Origin: a virus
Taxonomy: Duplodnaviria > Heunggongvirae > Uroviricota > Caudoviricetes
Strand: one strand, 5' to 3'
Virus record (IMG/VR): IMGVR_UViG_3300011442_000002
Location: 11,825 to 75,824 of that record
Length of the DNA: 64,000 nt
A program made the translations under genes and the position numbers. This document shows, piece by piece, positions 47,166-57,698 of the stretch. The notes beneath the pieces are model-generated. The model had not been told where the DNA came from. It saw only the letters and a list, made by a program, of their open reading frames with translations, and did not search any database. Every line of letters starts with the position of its first letter. Positions within the stretch are counted from its first letter, which is position 1.

Positions 47166-47466
47166 CGTAACTTTGCTGCTGGTAGGTGCTGCCATTGGAT
47201 GTATAGCTGGAATTTGTTTAGTATTTCTCATTCTTGGCAAGGCTGGCCGAGCAAAGGCATTTGGTATTAATCAACCAAAAGAGCCAATAACGTTTGAACT
47301 TTATGATCACCTGCAACAGGTCGATGTAACAATGCATGGAAACAAGATTTTTTCTGGCAAGCTTTATAGGATGAGTTTTGACTATTCAACCACTGATCCT
47401 GGATCTATGCAATTGCAACTAATGCCAAACAGTGCACTATTGGAAAGGGCAAGGGTATCGTTGTGA
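47152..47466 (+). CDS. small membrane protein
   Basis: N-terminal TM helix. Confidence 0.4.
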   Translation: MDMLNVTLLLVGAAIGCIAGICLVFLILGKAGRAKAFGINQPKEPITFELYDHLQQVDVTMHGNKIFSGKLYRMSFDYSTTDPGSMQLQLMPNSALLERARVSL

Positions 47467-48797
47467 CTTTAGCAGTAGATCCAAATGTGCAGTGGTATAT
47501 CGACAACAAACTAACAGAGCAGATTCACACATCTGGTCGTAAAGCATTTCGCGCGTGTCGACGTCGCTGGGACTGGGTATATCGCGAAATGTATTATCCG
47601 CTGGTGACTCCTGAGCCGTTGGAGTTCGGTACGGCTTTTCACAAAGCGATGGAGACGCTGTACGAACCAAGAATGTGGGCAAGTCCGCTCTTTGTTCGTC
47701 GTGATTTAGCTTTAGTAGCTTTCAAGCGTGAATGCGAAAAGCACCTAAAGGAATACCAAAAGCTGAATCCAGATCCTGACGTTACAATCCTTGAGTCATA
47801 CAAGTCTCGTATTGAGCTTGGCTTGAACATGTTGCGCTATTACTGCGAAACAGTTTCGCCGCTCTACGACAACAATTGGACACCCGTACGAGTAGAAGTC
47901 TCATTCGAGGTACCAATTAAGAATCCTGATACTGGTGAACAACTCTGGTGCAAATGTAATCAGTGTTGGTCTAGGTTCTATAAATTCGCTACTAAAAATG
48001 ATGTACAAACTGTTGAGTTTGGTGCCGGTGACGAAGCCCAAAAGATCGACTTTGATCGTAGTTGGACTAACAGTTCTGGACAAGTCTCATATACGCGAGA
48101 CCACCTAGAAAACGGTGAGCACCAGTTTATTAGCTGGCGAGGCTTACCAGTAACCTACGGCGGTCGACTAGACGCACTATTCCAGGATTCACTAAATCGT
48201 TACTGGATTGCCGATTGGAAGACTACTTCCCGTCTACTAGATGAAGACCAGGAATCTTCGTTCCTTCAACTAGATGACCAGATCGTGTCGTACCTGTGGG
48301 CTTTGTACCAGTATGGCATTCAGTGCGCCGGATTCGTTTATGTGGAAATCAAAAAGAATTATCCACAACCACCAGAGCGCCTATCTAGACTTTACAAAGG
48401 TAGAGCTTTCTCCACTAACAAAGACTTCATGACTACTCATGACATGTTTCTTGCTACCGTGCAGAAAGAAGATAATGCTGCCTGGCAAATGGGTCTCTAT
48501 GATGACCACCTTCTAAGACTAAAAACCGAAGGTCCAAGGTTTACCCAAAGACACCAGATTCACAAGAACATGCACGAAATCGAAGAGGCTGGTAAAGTCA
48601 TTGCTTATGAAGCAATGGACATGATTGGTCAACCAAGAATTTATCCTCAGCCTGGTCGATTTAGCTGTAACTGGTGTCTATTCAAGCAGCCATGCTTAGG
48701 CAAAAACATGGGTGAAGATTATCTGTATACTCTCGATACCCTATTCGAGCGCAAAACCCTACACTACTGGGAACAGAAGGAAGCGAGTACAGACTAA
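47463..48797 (+). CDS. PD-(D/E)xK nuclease, Cas4/RecB-family exonuclease with C-terminal Cys cluster
   Basis: C-terminal CNWCLFKQPC plus an upstream Cys suggests an Fe-S cluster. The overall family resemblance is judged from memory. Confidence 0.5.
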   Translation: MTLAVDPNVQWYIDNKLTEQIHTSGRKAFRACRRRWDWVYREMYYPLVTPEPLEFGTAFHKAMETLYEPRMWASPLFVRRDLALVAFKRECEKHLKEYQKLNPDPDVTILESYKSRIELGLNMLRYYCETVSPLYDNNWTPVRVEVSFEVPIKNPDTGEQLWCKCNQCWSRFYKFATKNDVQTVEFGAGDEAQKIDFDRSWTNSSGQVSYTRDHLENGEHQFISWRGLPVTYGGRLDALFQDSLNRYWIADWKTTSRLLDEDQESSFLQLDDQIVSYLWALYQYGIQCAGFVYVEIKKNYPQPPERLSRLYKGRAFSTNKDFMTTHDMFLATVQKEDNAAWQMGLYDDHLLRLKTEGPRFTQRHQIHKNMHEIEEAGKVIAYEAMDMIGQPRIYPQPGRFSCNWCLFKQPCLGKNMGEDYLYTLDTLFERKTLHYWEQKEASTD

Positions 48798-48986
48798 TGG
48801 ATACAATAGCTGGGTTTGAGATTCGTCGTGGTGAAGACAGTGGTGGTTACTGGTACGTGTGCACGTCTGACGGTGGTTATGATGCAACTGGAGAAACAAT
48901 CGAAATTGCTTTGTCAAGATTAATTGTCGTATTACACGAAGTTGTATTAGAAAACACACGAATAATGTCAGGAAAGTAGCTGAATA

Positions 48987-49430
48987 GTGACATATACAGT
49001 TGGTATTACCGCAACTAGAAAAGGACTAACTAGCAGTCAGTTACATACTGGTATTGGTATATTGCGCGATATAAGCATGGTAAACGATATCTATGGGCCA
49101 ATTAGACTAGCACAAGGTTGCTGTGTTGGTGGCGATGAGCAATTAACAATAATTGCATACACATTTGGCTGGAAAATTGTTGCTCATCCACCAGAGAGAA
49201 CTCAGTATTTTTCGCAGATAGCTTATGAACTAGCACGGATAACTCATGTTCGTAAGCCATATCTATTTCGCAATCAAGATATAGTTGATAGTTGCAATGA
49301 GCTATTAGCTTTTCCAGAAACCGAAACAGAGGAACTTCGTTCTGGTACTTGGGCAACCATTAGGTATGCTAGAGATCGTGTGTTTAAGCCATATCGGATA
49401 GTATTGCCAGATGGAGGAATTACAAAGTAA
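48987..49430 (+). CDS. hypothetical protein (possible Rossmann-like nucleotide-binding fold)
   Basis: 147 aa. GxTATRKG...GGDE...HPPE. Confidence 0.3.
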   Translation: MTYTVGITATRKGLTSSQLHTGIGILRDISMVNDIYGPIRLAQGCCVGGDEQLTIIAYTFGWKIVAHPPERTQYFSQIAYELARITHVRKPYLFRNQDIVDSCNELLAFPETETEELRSGTWATIRYARDRVFKPYRIVLPDGGITK

Positions 49431-49789
49431 TGGATGATATTAAGATCAACAAAGAAATTGCTAATTGGGTTGAGAACAATTTCCGAGCCGAAACTCGTGC
49501 GACCATTACCTTAGGTATTGCCGAAGAAGCCGGCGAGGTTTGTCGTGCTGTACTAAAACAGCAGCAAGGTATCCGTGGTACTTACGAAGAATGGGATGAG
49601 GAAATTAAGAAGGAGCTTGCTGATGTTTATATCAAGCTCGTACATTTGGCCTCATTCATCGGTTGGGATCTATCAAAACTAATTGAAACTCGTTGGATAG
49701 AAATTCAAAAGCGCGACTGGATCAAAAATCCCACAGGGCACGGTATAGAAAAGTACGACTATGAGACTGAGGGTCTTGGTGGCACATGA
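49430..49789 (+). CDS. mazG: MazG-like nucleotide pyrophosphohydrolase
   Basis: GIAEEAGEV and ELADV motifs (EExxE). Confidence 0.6.
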   Translation: MDDIKINKEIANWVENNFRAETRATITLGIAEEAGEVCRAVLKQQQGIRGTYEEWDEEIKKELADVYIKLVHLASFIGWDLSKLIETRWIEIQKRDWIKNPTGHGIEKYDYETEGLGGT

Positions 49790-50720
49790 GCGAATGGCAT
49801 GAGCCGTTCTTGGTAGAGTTTTCTGGTGGCCCGATTCCTGGTAAAAGACTTACTGATGACTCAGTAGTCTCTTGGCCATTACCAGAATCCATAGTATTAG
49901 CTGAAGATGGCGGCGAGTATGTTCGTACATCTATGTCGATTTTAGGTCCTCAAACTGAAGATTCATATGTTGTTCGAGGCGCCACCTATAGATGGAAGCC
50001 AAACAGATGAAAAAGCCACTAGACCCATTCACTAGAATTGCTAACGATCTAAACGAAACTAGAATGAAGCTCTGCGCTTATTTAGCTGACGAAGAAGAGA
50101 CTTGCGATTGTAAGCATGGTGTTGATATGACCGTAGATTTGCGTCGTGATGAGCGAAATGGTTGTCCCGAACTTAGAGAACTTGTCAAAATATACAGAAA
50201 CCAGGCAAAGAATAATGTTTAGCTCTCAGCTTAATGCTTTCATCACACTTGCACTGCTAGGTCTGATTGCGGTGAGTACTGTAGCCGCTGTTATCTATCG
50301 ATTTGGTAAGTCAGAATGATTCAGGTTTTAGCTCAAGAAACGGACGGAATCGCGTGAGAGTTAATGCAGATACCTTAGTTTCTATTGCACAAAAAATGGT
50401 TAAGCTTGAGCAAATAGACATAATCGTGGCCTCCTTTGAAGTTAATGGTTTTACTTGTACAGTTGAAACCACAGATAGTCAGATGGAAGGTAGAACTTAC
50501 TATCTGACTGGCCTCGTAAAGAAGGTATAATGTCAGTTTGTGATCCTTGTAAAAAGGCTCCACATACTTCTCAACCAGAAGAGTGTCGTGGTAGCACTTG
50601 GTGTGATTGTCAACACAGAATTGCACCTAAGCCAATTGTCTACGCACCAATACTGCCAGAAACAGTTATAGAGATTCCAGTTATAGAACTAGTTGAGCCA
50701 ATCGAAGGGAAATTTTAGCA

Positions 50721-50990
50721 ATGGCTATTGGTAGTGGTAGCTATGTACGTGTAACAGAACCAGATGTTTCCAAACCAGAAAAGGATGCGATTGTGGAAAA
50801 CACCAATTCACTCAAGATGACCGAAGAACCTGTGAAGAGCCTAGATGAGGTTCCGGCTGAGTCTGCCTATGACAACATCGTTGCTGACAGCAATGATGAA
50901 GAGGATGAGGACGACGAAGATAATTTTGAAGATGATGAAGACGATGATGAGTATGAAGACGAAGATGATGAGGACGACGAAGACAACTAG
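50721..50990 (+). CDS. highly acidic protein (Asp/Glu-rich tail)
   Basis: C-terminal DEEDEDDEDNFEDDEDDDEYEDEDDEDDEDN. Confidence 0.5.
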   Translation: MAIGSGSYVRVTEPDVSKPEKDAIVENTNSLKMTEEPVKSLDEVPAESAYDNIVADSNDEEDEDDEDNFEDDEDDDEYEDEDDEDDEDN

Positions 50991-51127
50991 AAAGCCAAAT
51001 CGGACATCGACGATGTTTGATTTGTAGGCTCTTGCGCGGCTCTGACCTGCGGTGTTAGACTGAGTAACCTTAAGAAAACTCAAGCGAAAATCGCCAATTC
51101 GGACAAAAGTCTTATTAAGGACATTGA

Positions 51128-51889
51128 ATGTCTCTGACTACCATCGCAGGTTTACCAATTCTAAGGGTTACCGAACACCCGACGATCTTCAACCTTCTTA
51201 TTTATGGAGAGTCGGGTACTGGTAAAACTACTTTGGCCGGTTCATCTGATGAAGTACCAGAAATGCGCAAGGTTCTATTCCTTGACGTAGAAGGTGGTAC
51301 TTTATCCATCAAGGATAAATTTCCTAACGTTGAATCCGTCCGTATTAAAAACTGGGTAGACATGCAGAGTGTCTACAACGAGCTATATGCTGGCAACCAT
51401 GGGTTCAGGACCATTGTGTTGGATAGCTTAACAGAAATCCAAAAAATGTCTATGGATACTGTTATGCGTAAACTGGTTGAACAGCATGAGGAGCGCGATT
51501 CGGATGTTCCAGGCATCCGTGAATGGAATATCAACATTGAACAAACTAGAAAGTTTGTTCGATCGTTCCGCGACCTACCAATAAACACGATCTTCACTGC
51601 ATTATCGAGACAAGACAAAAATCCTAGAACCGGAGCGATTAGAACTAAACCATATCTATCTGGTAAAGTTGCTGACGAGGTTGCAGGATTTCTCGATGTA
51701 GTTGCATACTTGTATACCAAGGAGGTAGAAGGAGAAAACAAGCGTATGCTATTGTGTGGAGCTACTCAGGATGTCGTTGCTAAAGATCGCACAGACAGAT
51801 TACCAGTAGTTATCCAATCACCAAACATGACCACAATCTGGAAAGCTGTAAAGGGAATAGTGAGCGAAGATGCAACCACTGAAGGTTAA
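51128..51889 (+). CDS. Sak4-like RecA-fold ATPase
   Basis: Walker A GESGTGKTT, 253 aa. Followed by a DUF669-like gene. Confidence 0.6.
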   Translation: MSLTTIAGLPILRVTEHPTIFNLLIYGESGTGKTTLAGSSDEVPEMRKVLFLDVEGGTLSIKDKFPNVESVRIKNWVDMQSVYNELYAGNHGFRTIVLDSLTEIQKMSMDTVMRKLVEQHEERDSDVPGIREWNINIEQTRKFVRSFRDLPINTIFTALSRQDKNPRTGAIRTKPYLSGKVADEVAGFLDVVAYLYTKEVEGENKRMLLCGATQDVVAKDRTDRLPVVIQSPNMTTIWKAVKGIVSEDATTEG

Positions 51890-52331
51890 TTTCTCAAGTA
51901 ACGAAGCCGAATCAACTGTTCGGGAAATCCCACCATCTGGTGAATATCTAGTAGCTGTTACTGACGGCGAAATCAAGGAAGTTAAGCCAGGCCGGAAGAA
52001 CACTGGCAAGCCGTTTTGGCAGCTAAAGATGGTTATTCAAAATGGTACGTATGGTGGAACCAGCCTAATGTGTTCAGTCATGCTTTTTGATGGCGCGCTT
52101 TACACATTCTCTCAGCTTATGAAAGCTCTCGGATACGACGTTACTTCTGGTGACTTCCTCGTTCCGGAACTTGACGAAGTTATTGGTAAGAACGTGAACG
52201 TTCGTGGCTACAAGATGCCAGCAAAGACACTACCCGATGGTACTGAGCTTACTGAGCGTTTTGAAATTCGTGGGTTCAAGCCAGCCAGTCAGCCGAGCAA
52301 GCAGGCAGGAAATTCTTCTCTACTTCCCTAG
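51870..52331 (+). CDS. DUF669-like protein (putative ssDNA-binding partner of Sak4)
   Basis: Position and size, and synteny with Sak4. No strong motif. Confidence 0.35.
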   Translation: MQPLKVNFSSNEAESTVREIPPSGEYLVAVTDGEIKEVKPGRKNTGKPFWQLKMVIQNGTYGGTSLMCSVMLFDGALYTFSQLMKALGYDVTSGDFLVPELDEVIGKNVNVRGYKMPAKTLPDGTELTERFEIRGFKPASQPSKQAGNSSLLP

Positions 52332-52415
52332 CAAATGCCTGAGTAATTAGTAGCCAATCCATAGGTGAAATCTCGTCGCCTATGGGTTGGCTTATTACTT
52401 CCCAAAGGGGTAGAT

Positions 52416-54665
52416 ATGACTCATTACTCCACTTTCAGGGAAGCGGTAGAACACACAGTAGAACGTCGTCGAGACTTCTTTAGACTTATTTTTGGCAATG
52501 AGTCTGGCTTCGTATGCATCTCATATAAGAGTCATCTCGATAATACTATGCGAGAGCGGTTTTTCGAGTATCCAGCACAGCTAGACGAAATGTGTACGGA
52601 TATCGACAAGGTCGCATTGACTCTTACACATGTATACTTTTGCCCACAATTATTCATTGACCCAAATTTTAGGCGAGGCCCTAATGGCAAGAGCGCAAGA
52701 GTCAAAGAGAATGTAAAAACTTGTACTGCCCTGTGGGCTGATCTAGATACGTGTAACCCACAACATTTACAAGTTCCGGCATCTATTGTTGTTCAATCGA
52801 GTCATGGAAGATGGCAGTCATTTTGGCGTTTAGACACGCCATTAGAACCGTTAACCGCAGAGTCTATCTGCCTAAAGATAGCATATTTTCATGCAGCTCA
52901 AGGTGCAGATCGTAGTGGCTGGGACCTAACGCAGTTAATGCGTGTTCCGTATACACCAAACTACAAGTATGGTGATCTACAAACTGCACCCATTGTCACA
53001 GTAACCTCAACAAATACTGCCCTTTATCGCGAATCTGACTTCGACGTTTATCCGGCCTATAACGCATTAAAGTTTATCGATGACCAGATGCCCCTAAAGG
53101 AAAACCTCCCACAGGAGGACCCATTAGACATCATGCAGCGTTATCGTAATCAGCTAAACCCAAAGGCTTTCCTTCTCTATGATGAGACACCAGTAGAAGG
53201 TCAAGACTGGAGTGCGACTTCTTGGTTACTTGGTAAGCTTCTATGTGAAGCGGGTTTAACTCAAGAAGAAACATTTATGGTGATGCGGCAAGCGCGCTGC
53301 AATAAATACGCGCGTGATCGTCGACCAGATTCCGCGTTATGGGCTGAGATAAAGAAACTGTTTGTAAAAGAAATTGAAGAACATAACCTAGTTCCTACAC
53401 CTACTGCTGTCATTCCAGAAATGCTCAGCGAAGCTGAAACTCGAATGGTGCAAGCAAGAGAGACTTTTGTTGAACGATACATAAAATGGGCTTCTGAACT
53501 CACCGATGCTTCTCCACAGTATCACCAGGCCGGCGCGTTCATTATTCTTAGTGCACTTATTTCTGGCGCGTTGCGTTTGCCAACCTCATTCGGAACAATC
53601 ATTCCAAACCTATGGTTCATGATTCTAGCCGATACTACTCTAACTCGTAAAACCACTTCTATGCGCACCGCTATGAGCCTGCTAGAGCAGGTGAGCCCAA
53701 GTGCGGTTATGGCTACTGACGCCTCACCTGAGGGTATTCTTTCTGGAATGCGGGACAGAGCTAAGCAACCATCTATTTACTACCGTGATGAGTTTGCTGG
53801 ATTACTTGAAGCCATCACGCACAAAGAATACATGGCAGGAATGGCTGAGACGCTCACTAAGCTTTATGATGGCGACTCACTAAAACGTCTCTTGCGCAAA
53901 GAGGAAATCAAAATCAACAACCCAATTTTCATCATGTACACTGCTGGAACTAAAACTAGAATTCAAGACCTACTAACCGAAGGTCACATTGATACTGGCT
54001 TTATTCCAAGATTCATCTTTATTACTGCGGTTGCTGATCCGGCCCGGGTACGTCCGGTAGGTCCGCCAGTAGCCATGAAAGAGGATGAGAAGCAGCGTAT
54101 TATTGAGGAAATGAGCGATATAAATTTCCGTTACAACAGTCCACGTTTAGTGATAATGAGTGATGGAAAAACTAGTGGTAATTTAAAGCCAGAGTTTGAA
54201 GCAGAGTTAACCCAAGAGGCTTGGGATCGCTACAACCTATTCGAGAGCACCTTAACAAATGCTGCACTAGAAACTGGTTTGTCATATCTGACTCCAGTAT
54301 ACGACCGGCTAGCTAAGTCAATGTTAAAGGCAGCTATGCTATTGGCAGCATCTAATCAAGGTGAATCAGGAAAGGTAGTTATTGGTCTAGACGACATTCT
54401 TCATGCAATCTATTACACAAAGCATTGGTTTATCTATGCTAGTGAAATTGTCAATGGTATTGGCAAGAGTCATGATGAACGAGTCATGGACAAAATTGTT
54501 GAGTACGTGCAATCATCTGGTAAGATTGGCGTAGCTCGCGCAGACATCATGAAGAGATACAGACTAGATCACCGTCGCGCTGAACTACTACTAACAACGA
54601 TGACGCAACGACGAGTTATCTTCATGAACCAATACCAAGGACAACCTAGATATTTTGGTGGATGA
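52416..54665 (+). CDS. primase-polymerase (AEP/PrimPol domain) protein with large C-terminal domain
   Basis: ALWADLD (hhhDhD) and SHGRWQSFW (sGxGxH-like) motifs. No Walker A seen in the C-terminus. Confidence 0.45.
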   Translation: MTHYSTFREAVEHTVERRRDFFRLIFGNESGFVCISYKSHLDNTMRERFFEYPAQLDEMCTDIDKVALTLTHVYFCPQLFIDPNFRRGPNGKSARVKENVKTCTALWADLDTCNPQHLQVPASIVVQSSHGRWQSFWRLDTPLEPLTAESICLKIAYFHAAQGADRSGWDLTQLMRVPYTPNYKYGDLQTAPIVTVTSTNTALYRESDFDVYPAYNALKFIDDQMPLKENLPQEDPLDIMQRYRNQLNPKAFLLYDETPVEGQDWSATSWLLGKLLCEAGLTQEETFMVMRQARCNKYARDRRPDSALWAEIKKLFVKEIEEHNLVPTPTAVIPEMLSEAETRMVQARETFVERYIKWASELTDASPQYHQAGAFIILSALISGALRLPTSFGTIIPNLWFMILADTTLTRKTTSMRTAMSLLEQVSPSAVMATDASPEGILSGMRDRAKQPSIYYRDEFAGLLEAITHKEYMAGMAETLTKLYDGDSLKRLLRKEEIKINNPIFIMYTAGTKTRIQDLLTEGHIDTGFIPRFIFITAVADPARVRPVGPPVAMKEDEKQRIIEEMSDINFRYNSPRLVIMSDGKTSGNLKPEFEAELTQEAWDRYNLFESTLTNAALETGLSYLTPVYDRLAKSMLKAAMLLAASNQGESGKVVIGLDDILHAIYYTKHWFIYASEIVNGIGKSHDERVMDKIVEYVQSSGKIGVARADIMKRYRLDHRRAELLLTTMTQRRVIFMNQYQGQPRYFGG

Positions 54666-54963
54666 AATGTCATATTTTGGCGTGAGAGTATTACACAATA
54701 TGTCTCACATAACAGTAAAAATTCATGGACCTCTTGATCACATTGTAGTAAATACACATGACCTAAGAGAGGTAGCTAACGGATTAATAAAATCTTACGT
54801 TACTACCAACTTACCAGAAATTTGTAATAGATTGTCTAGTGATATCCGTGATCGATATTGCGATGGCGATGAAATGGTTTGGGTAGAAGTAGAAATACTT
54901 GCTAGTACAGGCGTTATGTATGGAACATCAGCAGAAAAGGTGTTAGTAACTTAGGAGTGCATA

Positions 54964-57258
54964 GTGCGCAAGCACCCTCTTGCTAATTGCGAAGAATGTG
55001 TATTCAGAACTGCACCATTCGTGCCTACCCAAAACCCGCAACCAAGAGCTAAGTTAGCAGTTGTTGGTGAAGCTCCTGGCTCGTATGAAGCTGCTCGTGG
55101 TATTCCATTTACTGGTCCATCTGGTAGATTACTAGATCAGGTACTGGAACATCATGGATATGCTCGTGCTGATGTTATGGTTACCAATATTTGTCTTTGT
55201 CGTCCTGCTGATAATTCTGATCCTCCTAAGTCTGCGGTAGCCTGCTGCAAGCCACGACTGGACGCTGAGCTAGCTGCTAGCGGCGTAGAAAAGATTTTAG
55301 CGGTAGGTGGTACGGCAGCAAGCGCGCTCATCGATCCAAAAAGAAAAATCTCATCCTTGCGCATTGGCCCACCAAAACCATATATTGAGAATCCCGACAT
55401 TGAGGTTGTAGCATCATGGCATCCAGCTTATTGCTTACGTGCTCCTGATGCATTCCCATCATTCGTATCGGATACTGCCAAACTTCGTGGTACTACTTAC
55501 AAAGAGTGGCACGCGCCAGACTATCGAGTCTTCGACAATGAAGTAGCAGTAGAAGCTATCGCGAGACTTTTCCCTCTTGAAGGTCCGATTGTCATTGACA
55601 TCGAAACCGGGATGGAGAAGGATGATAGTTATGAACATCCAGATCAGCACAACCTGCTCTGCATTGGCGTAGCTTATGCGAAGAACAAGGTTGTGGTGTT
55701 TGGTGAGAACGCGCTTAAGATAGAGTCTGTCCAAAAGGCGCTTGGTAACTATCTCCGCACTAGACCGATTATTGCTCACAATGGCAAATCTGATCTAGCA
55801 GGCTTGCGTCCAATTTTTGGCATTCTCAAGCTTTATGCTGACACCATGCTGATGTCCTATGCCTTAGATGAGCGACCCGGACATCATGCACTTGGTAAAC
55901 TTGGCATTGAGATTCTAGGTACGCACGACTGGAAAGCCGCTTTCAAGAAGCTAATCCCCACAGGTGGCAACTATGGTTCGCCGCCTCGGTCAGCGCTCTA
56001 CAAGTATAATTCTATTGACTGCGGTGTAACCTGGGATTTGGCTGAGTATTTCAAAACCAGGATGGGTGACCGTGAAACCAGACAACATCTGTTCCAGGTT
56101 CAAGCAGCTAATGCTGTCATTGATCTCGAACTTGCAGGAATCTCTTTCGACACTGAGTACAGTGTTGAATTACAAGAACTCCTCGAAAAAGAACTCTACG
56201 AACTAGAGGTTAAAATCTCTGGTGTTACTGGCCGCAATCTTAATCCTCGTTCACCTATGCAAATCATGAAGTGGTTTGCCGATAACGGTGTTGGACTCAA
56301 AACCACACAAGCTGATGTCCTAGAGAAGGTATTAGAAAAGGCAATAGTACCAGCAAAAATCAGAGAGTTCATTGAACTACTTCTTCTGCACAGAAGACGG
56401 ACTAAGCTAAATGGTACTTACGTTAAAGGGTTCCAGAAGCGAATCCATCTTGGAAAAGTTTACACCACGTATACACTTCACGGAACAACGTCCGGTCGAC
56501 TGGCATCAAAAAATCCAAACATGCAAAACATTGTCCGCGACAAACGCATTAAGCACCAGTTCACCGTTGAACGTGAAGGTAACGTTCTTATACAGGTGGA
56601 CTATAAGCAGGCCGAAGGTCGGGTCATTACGACGTTGGCGCGTGATGAATATTTAGCTAGTCTGTTCCGTGATCCAAGCAAAGACATTTTCAATGATATG
56701 TGTGCGCAGATTTATGGTGAAGGTAAGTATGACAAAGAAGAACGAGTCAAGATCAAGTCTGTATTCTACGGACTAGCTTACGGTCGTGAAGCCGCTTCCA
56801 TTGGTCAAGAACTTGGAATAACGCTAGAAGAAGCTAAAGAACTTCTTTACAACTTCAAAGCACTGATTCCAGCTACTGTCGCTTGGCAAGCAGCTACTAC
56901 ACATAAGGTACTTTCCGGCGAGGATCTTCTTACCCCATTTGGTCGTAAGCGCTCGTTCTGGCTAGTTACCGATCAAAACAAGAAAGATGTTGTTAACGAA
57001 GCATTGAGTTTCTTACCACAATCTATTGCTTCTGACATTTGTCTAACTGCTCTTATCGCACTTCAACCACAATTAGCTGGACTTGCTACAACTAGACTGA
57101 CCATTCACGACGCGATGATTTTTGAGACGAGAGCCGAAGATGCTGATACGGTTATCAGAATTGCTACAGAAGCTATGGTCGCCTCAGGTCAAGCTTTCAC
57201 CGACTATGTCCCGTTCACCGTCGACGCAAGTGTCGGAACAAGATGGTCAGAACTCTAG
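54964..57258 (+). CDS. DNA polymerase I-like (family A) with N-terminal family-4 UDG-like domain and 3'-5' exonuclease domain
   Basis: N-terminus GEAPG..E...PFTGPSG (family-4 UDG motifs). VIDIETGME (exo). DYKQAEGRV (motif A), KIKSVFYGLAYG (motif B), HDAMIFE (motif C). Confidence 0.7.
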   Translation: MRKHPLANCEECVFRTAPFVPTQNPQPRAKLAVVGEAPGSYEAARGIPFTGPSGRLLDQVLEHHGYARADVMVTNICLCRPADNSDPPKSAVACCKPRLDAELAASGVEKILAVGGTAASALIDPKRKISSLRIGPPKPYIENPDIEVVASWHPAYCLRAPDAFPSFVSDTAKLRGTTYKEWHAPDYRVFDNEVAVEAIARLFPLEGPIVIDIETGMEKDDSYEHPDQHNLLCIGVAYAKNKVVVFGENALKIESVQKALGNYLRTRPIIAHNGKSDLAGLRPIFGILKLYADTMLMSYALDERPGHHALGKLGIEILGTHDWKAAFKKLIPTGGNYGSPPRSALYKYNSIDCGVTWDLAEYFKTRMGDRETRQHLFQVQAANAVIDLELAGISFDTEYSVELQELLEKELYELEVKISGVTGRNLNPRSPMQIMKWFADNGVGLKTTQADVLEKVLEKAIVPAKIREFIELLLLHRRRTKLNGTYVKGFQKRIHLGKVYTTYTLHGTTSGRLASKNPNMQNIVRDKRIKHQFTVEREGNVLIQVDYKQAEGRVITTLARDEYLASLFRDPSKDIFNDMCAQIYGEGKYDKEERVKIKSVFYGLAYGREAASIGQELGITLEEAKELLYNFKALIPATVAWQAATTHKVLSGEDLLTPFGRKRSFWLVTDQNKKDVVNEALSFLPQSIASDICLTALIALQPQLAGLATTRLTIHDAMIFETRAEDADTVIRIATEAMVASGQAFTDYVPFTVDASVGTRWSEL

Positions 57259-57265
57259 AACTGTA

Positions 57266-57541
57266 ATGGAATATGATGACGAAGATCATTTAGTCATCAA
57301 TCATCCATGCCCGAAATGCGGCAATAGTCCAGTCTTAGTAATGTTGACTTGTCATACGTATCAACAGTCAGGCCACTGGGTATCTTGTATGCCATGTTCT
57401 AGTGCTGGCGTCATCTTCTGCAATGAGGAAGATTGTGATTGGGCAGGTTATTATTGGGGCATTAATCCCAAAAATCCTCGTGCCGCAAACAATGAGAACT
57501 ATCGTCCAGAATGGCTTATCGGAGATTGGCCTTGGTCATGA
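57266..57541 (+). CDS. Cys-rich zinc-binding protein
   Basis: Internal ATG of listed ORF 57122. CPKCG...CMPC. Confidence 0.4.
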   Translation: MEYDDEDHLVINHPCPKCGNSPVLVMLTCHTYQQSGHWVSCMPCSSAGVIFCNEEDCDWAGYYWGINPKNPRAANNENYRPEWLIGDWPWS

Positions 57542-57698
57542 CACCAATTAAATGCTTTCGAGTTAGAGGATTAGAGTTTTATACAGAGGATTACGCTGGT
57601 AAACGAGAACTAATTTGTATTGCTTTAAGTCCTGGAAAACTAGAATGGTTAATATCCGCTGTAAGAGCCTTTCACAGTAGCGTTAAGGATCTTAAGCA

